Shown here: one piece after another, positions 26,001-35,526 of the stretch | Numbering within the stretch: position 1 is the first letter of the stretch | Layout: every line of letters begins with the position of its first letter | The notes under the pieces: generated by a model | Database searches by the model: none | Told to the model about the DNA's origin: nothing | The model's input: the letters and a program-made list of their open reading frames with translations, nothing else | NCBI GenBank assembly: GCA_036338695.1 | Contig: JAYZBQ010000081.1 | Span: 1 to 37,858, forward strand | DNA from: Myxococcota bacterium | GTDB lineage: Bacteria > Myxococcota > UBA4151 | Reading direction: 5' to 3' | DNA length: 37,858 nt | Program-made: the position numbers and the translations under genes

Positions 26001-29000
26001 ATGATGATGCGGTCGTTACTATGGGTCACCGTCATGAGCTTAATGGCGTGCGAGGGCTGCGAGCGCTCAGAGCCGGTCGTCGACGATCGAGGCGGCACCG
26101 TCGATGCCGGCGGTGTGACGGATGCTGGCGTGATGGATGGGGGAGCAGTCGACGCCGGGGGGGGCTGGCAGCGGGGGATGCCCTGTTCCGTCGAGCCGAC
26201 CGATGAAGACCCCGACGGTGACGGTCTGACCGATGAGCTCGAGGCGATGCTCGGCACGGACCCGCGCAACCCCGATTCGGACGGTGACGGCGTCCTCGAT
26301 GGTTGCGAGGACGTGAACCGCAACGGGCAGCGCGATGGCTATGAGTCCGACCCCAACGCCGCAGACACCGACGGCGACGGGGTGCCCGATGGCGCTGAAG
26401 ACACCAATCGAAACGGAATTTATGATCGGGACGAGACCGACCCCTTGTCGCCGGATACCGATCGCGACGGCACCCCAGACGGGGAGGAAGACCGCAACCG
26501 TAATGGGGTCGTCGATGAGGGAGAGATGGACCCTCGCAGTGGTGACACCGACGGCGACGGCATTCTTGACGCGATCGAAGACCGCAACCACAACGGCGTC
26601 TACGACGATGACGGGATCGAGACCGACGCGGCGCAGGTCGACACCGACGGCGACGGCATCGCCGATGGGGTTGAGGACGCCAATCAGAACGGGGGCGTTG
26701 AGCCAGGCGAGACCGATCCAAGGCTCGTCGACACCGATGGCGACTGCATCCCGGATGGGGTGGAAGACAGCAACCAAAACGGCGAGCGAAACGACGGCGA
26801 GCTCGACCCGCTCGGGCGGGACAGCGACGGCGACGGGATCAGCGACGGGCTCGAAGACACCTCCTGTGATGGGCTCGTCGATGAGGGCGAGACGGATCCA
26901 CGCAGCACGGACTCGGATCAAGATGGGCTGACGGATGATCTCGAAGACCGCAACCAGAACGGACGCGTGGATCCACGCGAGACCGATCCGCGGTCGCCCG
27001 ACAGCGATCAAGACGGCATCGAAGATGGCGTCGAAGACGCCAACCAGAACGGTCGCGTCGACGTCGGAGAGACCGACACGCTGAACGCGGATTCGGACAA
27101 CGACAGCGTCCCTGACGGCGCGGAGGACCTCGACCAAGACGGTGTCCGGGATGACGGTGAGATGGACCCACTGGATCAAGATTCGGACGCCGACGGGATC
27201 CCGGACGGGCTCGAGGACCGAAACCGTAACGGGCGCTACGACCCGCCGGGACCGGGCGAGGAGCTGACCGGTGAGACGAACCCGCTAGAGCAGGACACCG
27301 ACGGTGACGGCTTGATCGACGGGTTGGACGAGGACCTCAACGGCAACGGACAGGTCGACCAGTCGGAGACCAACCCACGCGTGGTCGACGCCGACAACCA
27401 GAGCGGGTTGGTTCAGATCTGTTCGACACGCAACCTGACCCCAGTGGGCTTTTGGGAGGCGGAACCACTCGACGTGAAACTCGCCTTGCCCGAAGCGGTT
27501 CACGCCTCGCGCTCGGAGCTGACCTTGAACAACGCCTTAGTCGGATTGGCGTACCAAGATTCGGCGCGCCAAGCCTTTGGCGCAACCCTGGTGCTGGCAC
27601 CACACCCGGCTGCGGTCGGGGCAGGCGCAGGGCAGAAGGCGTTCGTGCAAGCTGAGCGGCACCGGCAGGCGCTGATCGGGGCAGGCTTTGCGCTCCAAGC
27701 AGCCAACCCGCGCGTCTTTACCAGTAACGACGGGTTTGAGGCGGCGGTGCTCGAGACGCAGGGGACCTACAATCAGGGACCAGACCATTTGCGGAACCTG
27801 TCGGTTACGGCGCTCGCTGGAGCGGTCCAGGGACTCCCGGCCGGGCTAGCGGGTCAGGGCGGAACCTTTAACGTCGTGGTCACGGTCATCTACCGCAGCG
27901 ACCAGCGGGCGGTGACGCTCATTGCGCTGGCGCCGGTATCCGGCGACGCCAACGAAGAGGGCTTACGAGGCATCAGCCTTAAAAATCTAGCGGCAGGGAC
28001 GTCGGTGGCACGCGCCGGTAGCCGTGTCCGTAAGGTCTGCGTCGACTTTACCATTCGGCGTGCCAGCGAGGTCGACTTTATGTGGGTGATCGATAACTCG
28101 GGCTCGATGGGTAATGAGCAGGCGGCGGTCGCTGCAGCGGCGAGCGCGATGGTCCAACAGCTCAACGGCACCAACTTGGATTGGCGCATCGGCGTTACGA
28201 CGACCGATCAAGACGGCGCGCTCATCGGCGGGAATTTTACGACGAACGGGAACACCTTTCGGAGCCGGGCGGTCGTGGGGACGCGTGGGTCCGGCAACGA
28301 GCGCGGCCTGCGCATGGCGCGCCGCGCTGTCGAGCGAGCGCTCCCGCGCGGCAATGGTGCGAGCAAGCTGCGCGCCCAGGCGCCGCTGATCACCGTCATC
28401 GTCTCGGACGAAGAGGACTCCGACGCCAAGCGTGCGGGCTGTTACAATGACCGCGCCTGCGGGCAAGCCTTCACGCAGGGCTACGTCAATTTCTTCAACG
28501 GGCAGGGCGCGTTCCAAGCGCCTAACGGCTTTGAGCGACCGGGTTCGGTGTTCACGGTGATCAACATCCCTGCCTTTGGCTGTGGCTCGGCGCAGAACGC
28601 GCACACCTATGACATCCTAGCGATCCGAACAGGTGGCCGCTCCGAGAGTATCTGCGGACGCGGCGGTCAGCTCGACTACGCGCCGTTGATGCAGGACATC
28701 GCACGCGCCGCCGCTGGAATCGCTTCCGCCTACCGCCTGGATGGCTCGCCGATCGCCTCGACCTTTAAAGCCGGGATTCAGCAGATCCAGCAGAACAACC
28801 AGGTGGTGGTCCTCAATCGCTCGAGGACCCTCGGGTTCGACTATGACGACACGCAGAACTCGATCGTGCTGCAAGGCAACCTGGGGCTGCAGAACAATGA
28901 TCGACTCTGGGTGAGCTTCCGCTATTGGATCCCGCCTGCCTGCCCTGGCGGCTGCCCGGATGGTCAGATCTGCGATCCTGACGAGAACCGCTGCGTACCC

Positions 29001-29339
29001 GACCCCGACTGCGGTGGCGGTTGCGAGCGCGGGTTTACCTGCGATCCGCAGCAAGGCCTGTGCGTTCCGGACCCCGAGTGTGGGCGTACCTGCACCGAGC
29101 GCGAGCGCTGCGTGCAGCAACAAGAGGGCGAAGCGTATCGCTGTGAGCCGGACTGCGAGCCGGCCGCTGGGACACCGAACCCGACGCAGCAGAGCATTGA
29201 TCGCTGCGGGTGTTGCATCCAAGGAGAACTGTGTGATTTTGAAACGGGGCGTTGCATGCCGCAATGCGGTGAGTGTCCAGACGGCTTCTTGTGTGAGATG
29301 ACCAACGATGGACCGCAATGTGTTGAGCAAGAGGGGTGA
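26001..29339 (+). CDS. cglD: CglD-like lipoprotein, paralog 1: TSP3-like Ca-binding repeats + VWA (MIDAS) + Cys-rich tail
   Basis: AGGAG RBS; lipobox LMA-C; 13 DxDxDG units; VDFMWVIDNSGSM, GTRGSGNE, VSDEED; RSRTLGFDYD. Architecture matches my recollection of myxobacterial CglD; orthology not tested. Confidence 0.72.
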   Translation: MMMRSLLWVTVMSLMACEGCERSEPVVDDRGGTVDAGGVTDAGVMDGGAVDAGGGWQRGMPCSVEPTDEDPDGDGLTDELEAMLGTDPRNPDSDGDGVLDGCEDVNRNGQRDGYESDPNAADTDGDGVPDGAEDTNRNGIYDRDETDPLSPDTDRDGTPDGEEDRNRNGVVDEGEMDPRSGDTDGDGILDAIEDRNHNGVYDDDGIETDAAQVDTDGDGIADGVEDANQNGGVEPGETDPRLVDTDGDCIPDGVEDSNQNGERNDGELDPLGRDSDGDGISDGLEDTSCDGLVDEGETDPRSTDSDQDGLTDDLEDRNQNGRVDPRETDPRSPDSDQDGIEDGVEDANQNGRVDVGETDTLNADSDNDSVPDGAEDLDQDGVRDDGEMDPLDQDSDADGIPDGLEDRNRNGRYDPPGPGEELTGETNPLEQDTDGDGLIDGLDEDLNGNGQVDQSETNPRVVDADNQSGLVQICSTRNLTPVGFWEAEPLDVKLALPEAVHASRSELTLNNALVGLAYQDSARQAFGATLVLAPHPAAVGAGAGQKAFVQAERHRQALIGAGFALQAANPRVFTSNDGFEAAVLETQGTYNQGPDHLRNLSVTALAGAVQGLPAGLAGQGGTFNVVVTVIYRSDQRAVTLIALAPVSGDANEEGLRGISLKNLAAGTSVARAGSRVRKVCVDFTIRRASEVDFMWVIDNSGSMGNEQAAVAAAASAMVQQLNGTNLDWRIGVTTTDQDGALIGGNFTTNGNTFRSRAVVGTRGSGNERGLRMARRAVERALPRGNGASKLRAQAPLITVIVSDEEDSDAKRAGCYNDRACGQAFTQGYVNFFNGQGAFQAPNGFERPGSVFTVINIPAFGCGSAQNAHTYDILAIRTGGRSESICGRGGQLDYAPLMQDIARAAAGIASAYRLDGSPIASTFKAGIQQIQQNNQVVVLNRSRTLGFDYDDTQNSIVLQGNLGLQNNDRLWVSFRYWIPPACPGGCPDGQICDPDENRCVPDPDCGGGCERGFTCDPQQGLCVPDPECGRTCTERERCVQQQEGEAYRCEPDCEPAAGTPNPTQQSIDRCGCCIQGELCDFETGRCMPQCGECPDGFLCEMTNDGPQCVEQEG
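26208..27389 (+). repeat. Coding array of ~30-aa DxDGDGxxDGxEDxNxNGxxDxGETDP repeats (13 units, including one short unit)
   Basis: Counted directly in the translation. Confidence 0.9.
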
Positions 29340-29340
29340 C

Positions 29341-31953
29341 ATGAGAAGTCTAGTTTATCTGTCGGCTGTAGCCTTGATCGTAAGCGGTTGTGAGTCCGGC
29401 CCGGGAGGTGGCGGCGGGCAGGGCGGCGGTGGATCGTCGACGGCTGACGCCGGGTTCGGTGCGAATTTGATGCCGGGCGCCCCCTGCGCCGTGGACCCGA
29501 CGCCCGAGGACCTCGACGGCGACATGATCGAAGATGTGATCGAGCGCCGCACCGGGACGAACCCGCTCAACCCCGACACCGACGGCGATGGGATTGTCGA
29601 TGGATGTGAAGACTTCGACCGCGACGGCGTCGTCGACCCAGGGGAGATGGACCCACGCAACGAAGACACCGATGGCGACTGCATCCCGGACGGCAAAGAG
29701 GATAAAAACGGGGACGGTGAGGTCGGCGAGGGTGAGACCGACCCGGTCGGTACGGACAGCGACGGTGATGGGATCACGGACGGTCTCGAGGACTCGAATT
29801 GCAACGGCGAATTTGAGGATCGAGAGACCAACCCGCTGTCGACGGATACCGATGGAGATGGCTTTGAAGACGGGGCAGAGGACGCCAACGTCAATGGCAT
29901 GCGCGACACGCGTGAGACCGACCCACGCTACGCAGACAGCGACCGAGATGGTTTGCCGGACAGCGTTGAGGATACAGACGGCAACCGGGTCGTGAACCCG
30001 GGTGAGACCGACCCGCTGAATCCTGACTCGGACGGAGACGGTGTCTACGATGGCGCCGAGGACCGAAACGCAAACGGCGAGCAAGATGAGGGCGAGCTCG
30101 ACCCAGGTGATCCTGACAGCGATGATGACGGGATCGTCGATGGGCTTGAGGACCGCAACGGCGACGGTATCTATCAAGCACCGGGTGAGGGTGAAGAATT
30201 TTCGGGTGAGACCGATGGGCTGAACCCTGACACCGATGGTGACGGGCTCGTCGATGGTCTCGATGAAGATCGCAACGGTAACGGTCAAGTGGACCCGGGC
30301 GAGAACAACCCGCGCGTGGCGGACGTCAATGAGGGCAGCCCGCAGGTCCAAATCTGCGCCACGCGGCATCTCACGCCGATCGAGATCTGGGATTCGCCTC
30401 GGCACCACGCTCGGCTGGCGCTCCCGGCTGCGGTCTATGGCACGCGGCGTGAGCTCTCCATGGGCGGCATCGCCGTGGGGCTCGCTTATGCCGACGTCGA
30501 GGCGGACCGCGACGTGCACGCTTTCATGATCAGCCGCGCGCCGAACGATCAGGTCATGCACGCGCCGGGTGGCCGGCGCGCCTTTACGCAGGCACAGCAA
30601 GACGTCGCAGCGATCGCCAACGCAGGTTTTGAGGTGGCTCCGGGTAGCCCGCGGGTCTTTACGACCGCCGATGAGTACGAGGCGGCTGTGGTCGTGCTCC
30701 CGGTGGCAGCGCCAGGGATGTCGGCGTTGCAGGCGCGCAATCAGATCGCCACCGCCTTGGTCCCGGGGATTACGGGGCTGCCCGCGGCGGGAGGTGAGCC
30801 GCAGTCCGGAAACTATCGGATGGTGATGTCGGAGATCTATCGATCGAACGCTCAGGTGATCACCTTGTTCGCCATCGCGCCCGTATCCGATGACCGAGAG
30901 CTGGAGGGGCAGCGCGGCATCGCGTCGGAGAACCTGGCGGGCGGCTCAAACCTGGCGGGCGACAACGCAGAGATCGCGCGGCACTGTGGAAACTCACCGA
31001 TCTCTCGCTCGTCCTCGGTCGATTTCCTGTGGATCGTCGATAACTCGGGCTCGATGCGTCAGGAGCAAGATGCGGTGATGGCGGCGGCGCGCTCGATGGT
31101 GGATGAGCTCGATCGCGCCAACCTCGACTGGCGGCTTGCGGTGACGACAACCGACGGCAGCGGGACCATCGTTGGCGGTGGGTTTACAGCCAATGGCGAC
31201 GAGTTCATCCAGCGCGTGAACGTCGGCACGAGCGGCTCAGCCACGGAGGTCGGGCTGACCTCGGGGCGTCGGGCTATTGCGAACTTATTGCCTCGAGCGC
31301 TTGAGGACCCGGCTAAGCTGCGCTTTGAGACGCCGCTCGTGATCGTGATCCTGAGCGATGAGGAAGACGCCGACATCAAGCGCGCAGGCTGCCGGAACAA
31401 CCGCCAATGCGCGGAGCAGAACATCGGTGACTTCATCGAGTTCTATCGAGGCGAGACGAACGAGTACCGTTCTCCCGTCGGCTTTGACAGCCCGGGGCCG
31501 GTGTTCTCGATTATCAACCTTCCGAACTTTGGGTGCACGGGCGACGAGGCGCACTCCTACGACCTGCTGGCGATCGAGACAGGCGGTCGCTCCGAGTCGA
31601 TCTGCGGCCGCAATGGGAACCTCGACTACACCGAGCTGATGGGGGACATCGCGCAGACCGCCGCCGGCATCGCCTCCGATTACCCGATCCAAGAGCGTCC
31701 GATCGCGACGACCTTTAAAGCCGGGATCCAGTCGGGCGAGCAGCCCGTGCGGGTGCTGAACCGCTCGCGCCGCAACGGCTTCGACTATGACGTGACCCAA
31801 AACCGCCTGATCATCTACGGAAACCAGGACACGCAAGACGGGGATCAGCTGTGGGCGAGTTATCGCTATTGGTTGCCCCCGCGGTGTATGATCGAGGGCT
31901 GCCCAAATGGGCAGTCGTGCAACAAAGAAGAGGACCGCTGTACGGACGACTGA
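29341..31953 (+). CDS. cglD: CglD-like lipoprotein, paralog 2: TSP3-like repeats + VWA (MIDAS) + short Cys module
   Basis: ATG at 29341 after GAGGGG; lipobox VSG-C; 9 DxDxDG units; VDFLWIVDNSGSM, LSDEED, RSRRNGFDYD; colinear with paralog 1. Confidence 0.72.
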   Translation: MRSLVYLSAVALIVSGCESGPGGGGGQGGGGSSTADAGFGANLMPGAPCAVDPTPEDLDGDMIEDVIERRTGTNPLNPDTDGDGIVDGCEDFDRDGVVDPGEMDPRNEDTDGDCIPDGKEDKNGDGEVGEGETDPVGTDSDGDGITDGLEDSNCNGEFEDRETNPLSTDTDGDGFEDGAEDANVNGMRDTRETDPRYADSDRDGLPDSVEDTDGNRVVNPGETDPLNPDSDGDGVYDGAEDRNANGEQDEGELDPGDPDSDDDGIVDGLEDRNGDGIYQAPGEGEEFSGETDGLNPDTDGDGLVDGLDEDRNGNGQVDPGENNPRVADVNEGSPQVQICATRHLTPIEIWDSPRHHARLALPAAVYGTRRELSMGGIAVGLAYADVEADRDVHAFMISRAPNDQVMHAPGGRRAFTQAQQDVAAIANAGFEVAPGSPRVFTTADEYEAAVVVLPVAAPGMSALQARNQIATALVPGITGLPAAGGEPQSGNYRMVMSEIYRSNAQVITLFAIAPVSDDRELEGQRGIASENLAGGSNLAGDNAEIARHCGNSPISRSSSVDFLWIVDNSGSMRQEQDAVMAAARSMVDELDRANLDWRLAVTTTDGSGTIVGGGFTANGDEFIQRVNVGTSGSATEVGLTSGRRAIANLLPRALEDPAKLRFETPLVIVILSDEEDADIKRAGCRNNRQCAEQNIGDFIEFYRGETNEYRSPVGFDSPGPVFSIINLPNFGCTGDEAHSYDLLAIETGGRSESICGRNGNLDYTELMGDIAQTAAGIASDYPIQERPIATTFKAGIQSGEQPVRVLNRSRRNGFDYDVTQNRLIIYGNQDTQDGDQLWASYRYWLPPRCMIEGCPNGQSCNKEEDRCTDD
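29509..30324 (+). repeat. Coding array of ~30-aa Ca-binding repeats (9 units, including one short unit)
   Basis: Counted directly in the translation. Confidence 0.9.
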
Positions 31954-32050
31954 CCCGTTCGATCACCGCCGTGTCATGGCGCGGGCGAATGCGCTTGACC
32001 TCAGCACGTTCAATCCGTTGACCGTGCGATACGGGTGACGAGGTGTGGGC

Positions 32051-32971
32051 ATGTTAGTCGTTGATTCGATCGTCAAGCGATACGGAGCGCGTACAGCGCT
32101 CGATAGCGTCAGTCTCTCGCTCGATGCGGGTGAGCAGCTGGCGCTGCTCGGGCAGAATGGGGCGGGTAAGTCGACGCTGTTTTCGGTGCTCGCCGGGCTA
32201 CGCGAACACGACGCCGGGGAGATCCGGTTTGGCGGGCAGCCCGTGCGTACTGAAGATCCCGTGTTTCGGCGCGCCGTGGGCGTCGTGTTTCAGAGCCCCT
32301 CTCTCGATGGTTTGCTCACTGCGCATGAGAACCTGGTCGTCTCCGCCGGCTTGTTTGGGCTGAGCGCAACGCAGGCTGCCGAGCGCGCCGAGCAGCTGCT
32401 CGAATGGGTGGATTTGTCGGCGCGCGCCGACGAGCGCGTGGCGACCTATTCGGGGGGGATGAAGCGACGGCTTGAGATCATCCGAGCGCTGATGCACCGA
32501 CCCAAGCTGTTGCTACTCGACGAGCCGACGAGCGGTTTGGATGAGAGCGGCTACCGGCAGGTCTGGGACCAGCTCGAGCGCCTCAAGGCCGAGGAAGGCG
32601 TCGCCATCTTGGTGGTCACGCACCGCAGCGACGAGGCCGAGCGCTGTGATCGGGTCATGGTCCTCGACGAGGGGCGGTTGATTGCGCAGGGCACGCCCGA
32701 GGCGCTCAAAGCAAAGCTTGAAGGCGACGTCCTCGAACTCGAGGGCGAGGCGCTGGCGAGCCATCGAGCCGTGATCGAAGAGGTCGCGGGCGTCGCACCG
32801 GATGGTGACAGCGACGCCGTCGCGTTGTGTCTTGGCGATGCGCATCAGGTCATCCCGAGGCTGATCGAGCGCCTCCCGCACGGGGCGGTACGCGCAGTGC
32901 GATTGCGGCGGCCAACGCTTGGTGACGTTTTTGTCGAGCTGACCGGTCGACGCTTAGGGGATGCGCCATGA
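32051..32971 (+). CDS. ABC transporter ATP-binding protein (ABC-2/DrrA-like)
   Basis: GQNGAGKST, YSGGM, LLLLDEPT, VTH, PTLGDVFVELTG; GAGGT RBS. Alternative GTG start at 32045. Confidence 0.93.
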   Translation: MLVVDSIVKRYGARTALDSVSLSLDAGEQLALLGQNGAGKSTLFSVLAGLREHDAGEIRFGGQPVRTEDPVFRRAVGVVFQSPSLDGLLTAHENLVVSAGLFGLSATQAAERAEQLLEWVDLSARADERVATYSGGMKRRLEIIRALMHRPKLLLLDEPTSGLDESGYRQVWDQLERLKAEEGVAILVVTHRSDEAERCDRVMVLDEGRLIAQGTPEALKAKLEGDVLELEGEALASHRAVIEEVAGVAPDGDSDAVALCLGDAHQVIPRLIERLPHGAVRAVRLRRPTLGDVFVELTGRRLGDAP

Positions 32972-33741
32972 TGCGCGCCGTGCGCGTGCTGTGGTGGCGC
33001 GACGTCGTCCGTTTTCTTCGCCAGCGTAGTCGGCTGACCGGTGCGCTTTTGCAGCCGGTGATCCTGTGGGTGGTGATCTCCGCCGGCTTGCGCTCAACTT
33101 TTACGTTTCCGGGCATGAACGAGCTCGACTACTTGGAGTACTTTTTCCCAGGCGTGCTGGTCATGATCGCCCTTTTTACGGCGATCTTTTCGACGATTAG
33201 CCTGATCGAGGACCGCCATGCGGGGTTCATGCAGGCGGCGCTCGTCGGCCCTGGGACGCGCACGGCGGTGGCGCTCGGCAAGATCCTCGGTGGTGCGACC
33301 CTGGCCTTTGTGCAGTGCCTCTTGTTTCTGATCGTGCTGCCGATCGCTGGGTTCTCGCTCGCCGGCGTCGATTGGGTGGCGCTGGTGGCGATGTTGGCGC
33401 TGTGCAGCGTCGCTATGACCGCGGCGGGCGTGGCGCTGGCGTGGTGGGTCGACTCATCTGCAGGCTACCACGCCCTCATGTCGATCCTGCTGATGCCTGC
33501 TTGGTTTGCGAGCGGCGCGATGTTCCCGGTGCCGCCCGACGGCTTGATGGCGATCCTGTTGCGCGTCAACCCGATGAGTTACATGGTCGATGGGGTGCGC
33601 CGGGCGCTGTATGGAGGGAACGTCCCTGAGGCCTTGAACGTCTTCTTGACGACGGGTAGCCGGGAATGGCTCGTCGTCGCCGTGTTCACGGTGGGGATCG
33701 TTGGGGTCAGTGTGGCGCTGTGCCGGCGAAGGGACGCATAG
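32968..33741 (+). CDS. ABC-2 type transporter permease
   Basis: Six TMs; YLEYFFPG, DRHAGF, GKILGG, SGAMFP, NPMSYMVDGVR. Confidence 0.92.
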   Translation: MMRAVRVLWWRDVVRFLRQRSRLTGALLQPVILWVVISAGLRSTFTFPGMNELDYLEYFFPGVLVMIALFTAIFSTISLIEDRHAGFMQAALVGPGTRTAVALGKILGGATLAFVQCLLFLIVLPIAGFSLAGVDWVALVAMLALCSVAMTAAGVALAWWVDSSAGYHALMSILLMPAWFASGAMFPVPPDGLMAILLRVNPMSYMVDGVRRALYGGNVPEALNVFLTTGSREWLVVAVFTVGIVGVSVALCRRRDA

Positions 33742-33742
33742 A

Positions 33743-34408
33743 GTGAGCGACGATAACAACCAAGACCTCGGAACCTGGAAGGCACCGTCGAAAGGTTTTT
33801 TTACGCCGCTGAACGTCGCCGTCATCTTTGCGTGCTGCATCCCGATGGGGATCACGGGCGCCATGCTGACACGCGGCGCCAAGCCGCCGCGCGCCATCGC
33901 TGATGCTCCGGCGTTCAAGCTGACCAACCAACGCGGCGAGGTGGTCAGCAAAGACAGCCTCAAGGGTAAGGTCTGGGTTGGGAGCTTCTTGTTTACCCAC
34001 TGCCCTGATGTCTGCCCCAGGACGCTGCAACGGCTCAAAGGCGTCACGGGCTGGCTGACGGAGCGTCGCCCAGAGCACCAAGGAAAGGTCCGGATGATCG
34101 GGATCTCGCTGGATCACCGCGGCGACACGCCCGAGCGGGCTGAAGCCTTCTTGACGCGGCAGGGGCATGATTCAAATCAATGGGATTATCTCCTGTCCAA
34201 AGAGTCGCTGCATCCGCTGATGCGCGACGGCTTTATGCTGGGCGTGCGCGAGGGGCAAAATGGCTTGGCGGCGGCGCATGCGGATCGCGTGGTGTTGGTG
34301 GGTAAGGCGGGGCGTATTCGGGGTTATTACGATCTGAGCGCCAACGAAGGCATCGCCCAGCTGAACAGCCACATCGATCTGTTGGTCAACGAGACGATCG
34401 ACCCTTGA
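33743..34408 (+). CDS. SCO/SenC family copper chaperone
   Basis: N-terminal TM; FKLTNQRG, FTHCPDVCP (CxxxC), DTPE, HADRVVLV, IRGYY; GTG just after the permease stop. Confidence 0.9.
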   Translation: MSDDNNQDLGTWKAPSKGFFTPLNVAVIFACCIPMGITGAMLTRGAKPPRAIADAPAFKLTNQRGEVVSKDSLKGKVWVGSFLFTHCPDVCPRTLQRLKGVTGWLTERRPEHQGKVRMIGISLDHRGDTPERAEAFLTRQGHDSNQWDYLLSKESLHPLMRDGFMLGVREGQNGLAAAHADRVVLVGKAGRIRGYYDLSANEGIAQLNSHIDLLVNETIDP

Positions 34409-35526
34409 GAGTCGTCGGTCACCATCGACTCTACGGTGACGCGCGCTTTAACGCGGCGTTCCCGTCGCTCGCCAGGCTGCGCGACGGGACCGTTTTGCTC
34501 GCCTTTCGTAGAGGGCGCGACCCGCGGGCGCTGCATGGGACCCATGGCGTCGATCTCGGCAGCTTTGTTACGCATCTCGATCCGCGCTCACACCTCGCCG
34601 TCATGCGACTGAGCCCGACGGGGGACCCCGTGTCCGAGCCGGTCATCGCCGCCGTCTGTGCGGAGGCCGCCGATCAAGACCCGAACCTGCTGGCGCTCGA
34701 GGACGGGTCGGTCCTTCTGACCTCGTTCTCGTGGAACCCGATGTGTGCGGGGGACCTCGCCTTACCGGGGTTTGGCGTGCGCGGGGTCGAGGGTGTTGGG
34801 CGTCTTCACGCCTACTGGTTTGCGCTCTGGGGTGTCACGTCACGCCGTAGCGTCGACGGTGGCGAGCGCTTTACGCCGCCGACCTATTTACCCCCGGGGG
34901 CTGAGTCTCAGGTTCCGGGCCGGGCGGCGCATGGCGGCGCAGTCCGTGGGCGGATGGTGGAGTCTCAGGGGCAGGTGTACCTGGCGACCTACGGGGCGCC
35001 GGATGGGCAAAGCGAGGCGTGGGTCCCGCAGCTCTACGTGAGCTCGGATGGGGGAGCCACCTTCGCCTACCGTTCGACCATCGCACGAACCCCCGACGGC
35101 AGCTATCACTACGCCGAGCCGTCGCTTCATCGAAGCCAAAGCGGCCGCCTCTGGTGTTTCCTTCGCACGTTCCGGCGGGACGACGCGACCATGGTGTCGT
35201 GGTCGGATGATGACGGCCTGACCTGGACTGAGCCGAGCGTGACGCAGATCGTCGGGCACCCCCTTGATCCGGTACCGTTGAGTGACGGACGCACGCTGCT
35301 GGTGTACGGATACCGTCACGCACCGTACGGGGTGCGCGCCCGGCTCTGGGATGGCACCTGTGAGGTGCTGTCGGGCGACGAGGTGGTTTTGCGTGACGAC
35401 GGGCGCTCAGCGGACCTCGGCTATCCTTGGGGCGTTCAACTGAGCGACGGGCGTGTGCTCGTTGCCTACTACTTCCATGACGAAGCCGGTCTGCGCAGCA
35501 TCGAAGCGACGCTAGTTGAGCTGTAG
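34405..35526 (+). CDS. Sialidase-family / BNR (Asp-box) beta-propeller protein
   Basis: Asp-boxes SVDGGERF, SSDGGATF, SDDDGLTW; LVYGYR and DLGYP motifs; TTGA coupling to the SCO gene. Confidence 0.85.
   Translation: MRVVGHHRLYGDARFNAAFPSLARLRDGTVLLAFRRGRDPRALHGTHGVDLGSFVTHLDPRSHLAVMRLSPTGDPVSEPVIAAVCAEAADQDPNLLALEDGSVLLTSFSWNPMCAGDLALPGFGVRGVEGVGRLHAYWFALWGVTSRRSVDGGERFTPPTYLPPGAESQVPGRAAHGGAVRGRMVESQGQVYLATYGAPDGQSEAWVPQLYVSSDGGATFAYRSTIARTPDGSYHYAEPSLHRSQSGRLWCFLRTFRRDDATMVSWSDDDGLTWTEPSVTQIVGHPLDPVPLSDGRTLLVYGYRHAPYGVRARLWDGTCEVLSGDEVVLRDDGRSADLGYPWGVQLSDGRVLVAYYFHDEAGLRSIEATLVEL

Noticed and set aside
26208..30324. Periodic gacaccgacggcgacgg-type DNA repeats superficially resembling a CRISPR array
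   Set aside because: They are degenerate, in-frame and vary at synonymous positions; they encode DxDGDG repeats, and no cas genes are present.
1783..30600. Long antisense ORFs (1783-2961, 3789-5123, 17221-18171, 26067-27179, 29350-30600 and others)
   Set aside because: They lie opposite well-supported genes and contain no recognisable motifs; such shadows are expected in high-GC coding DNA.
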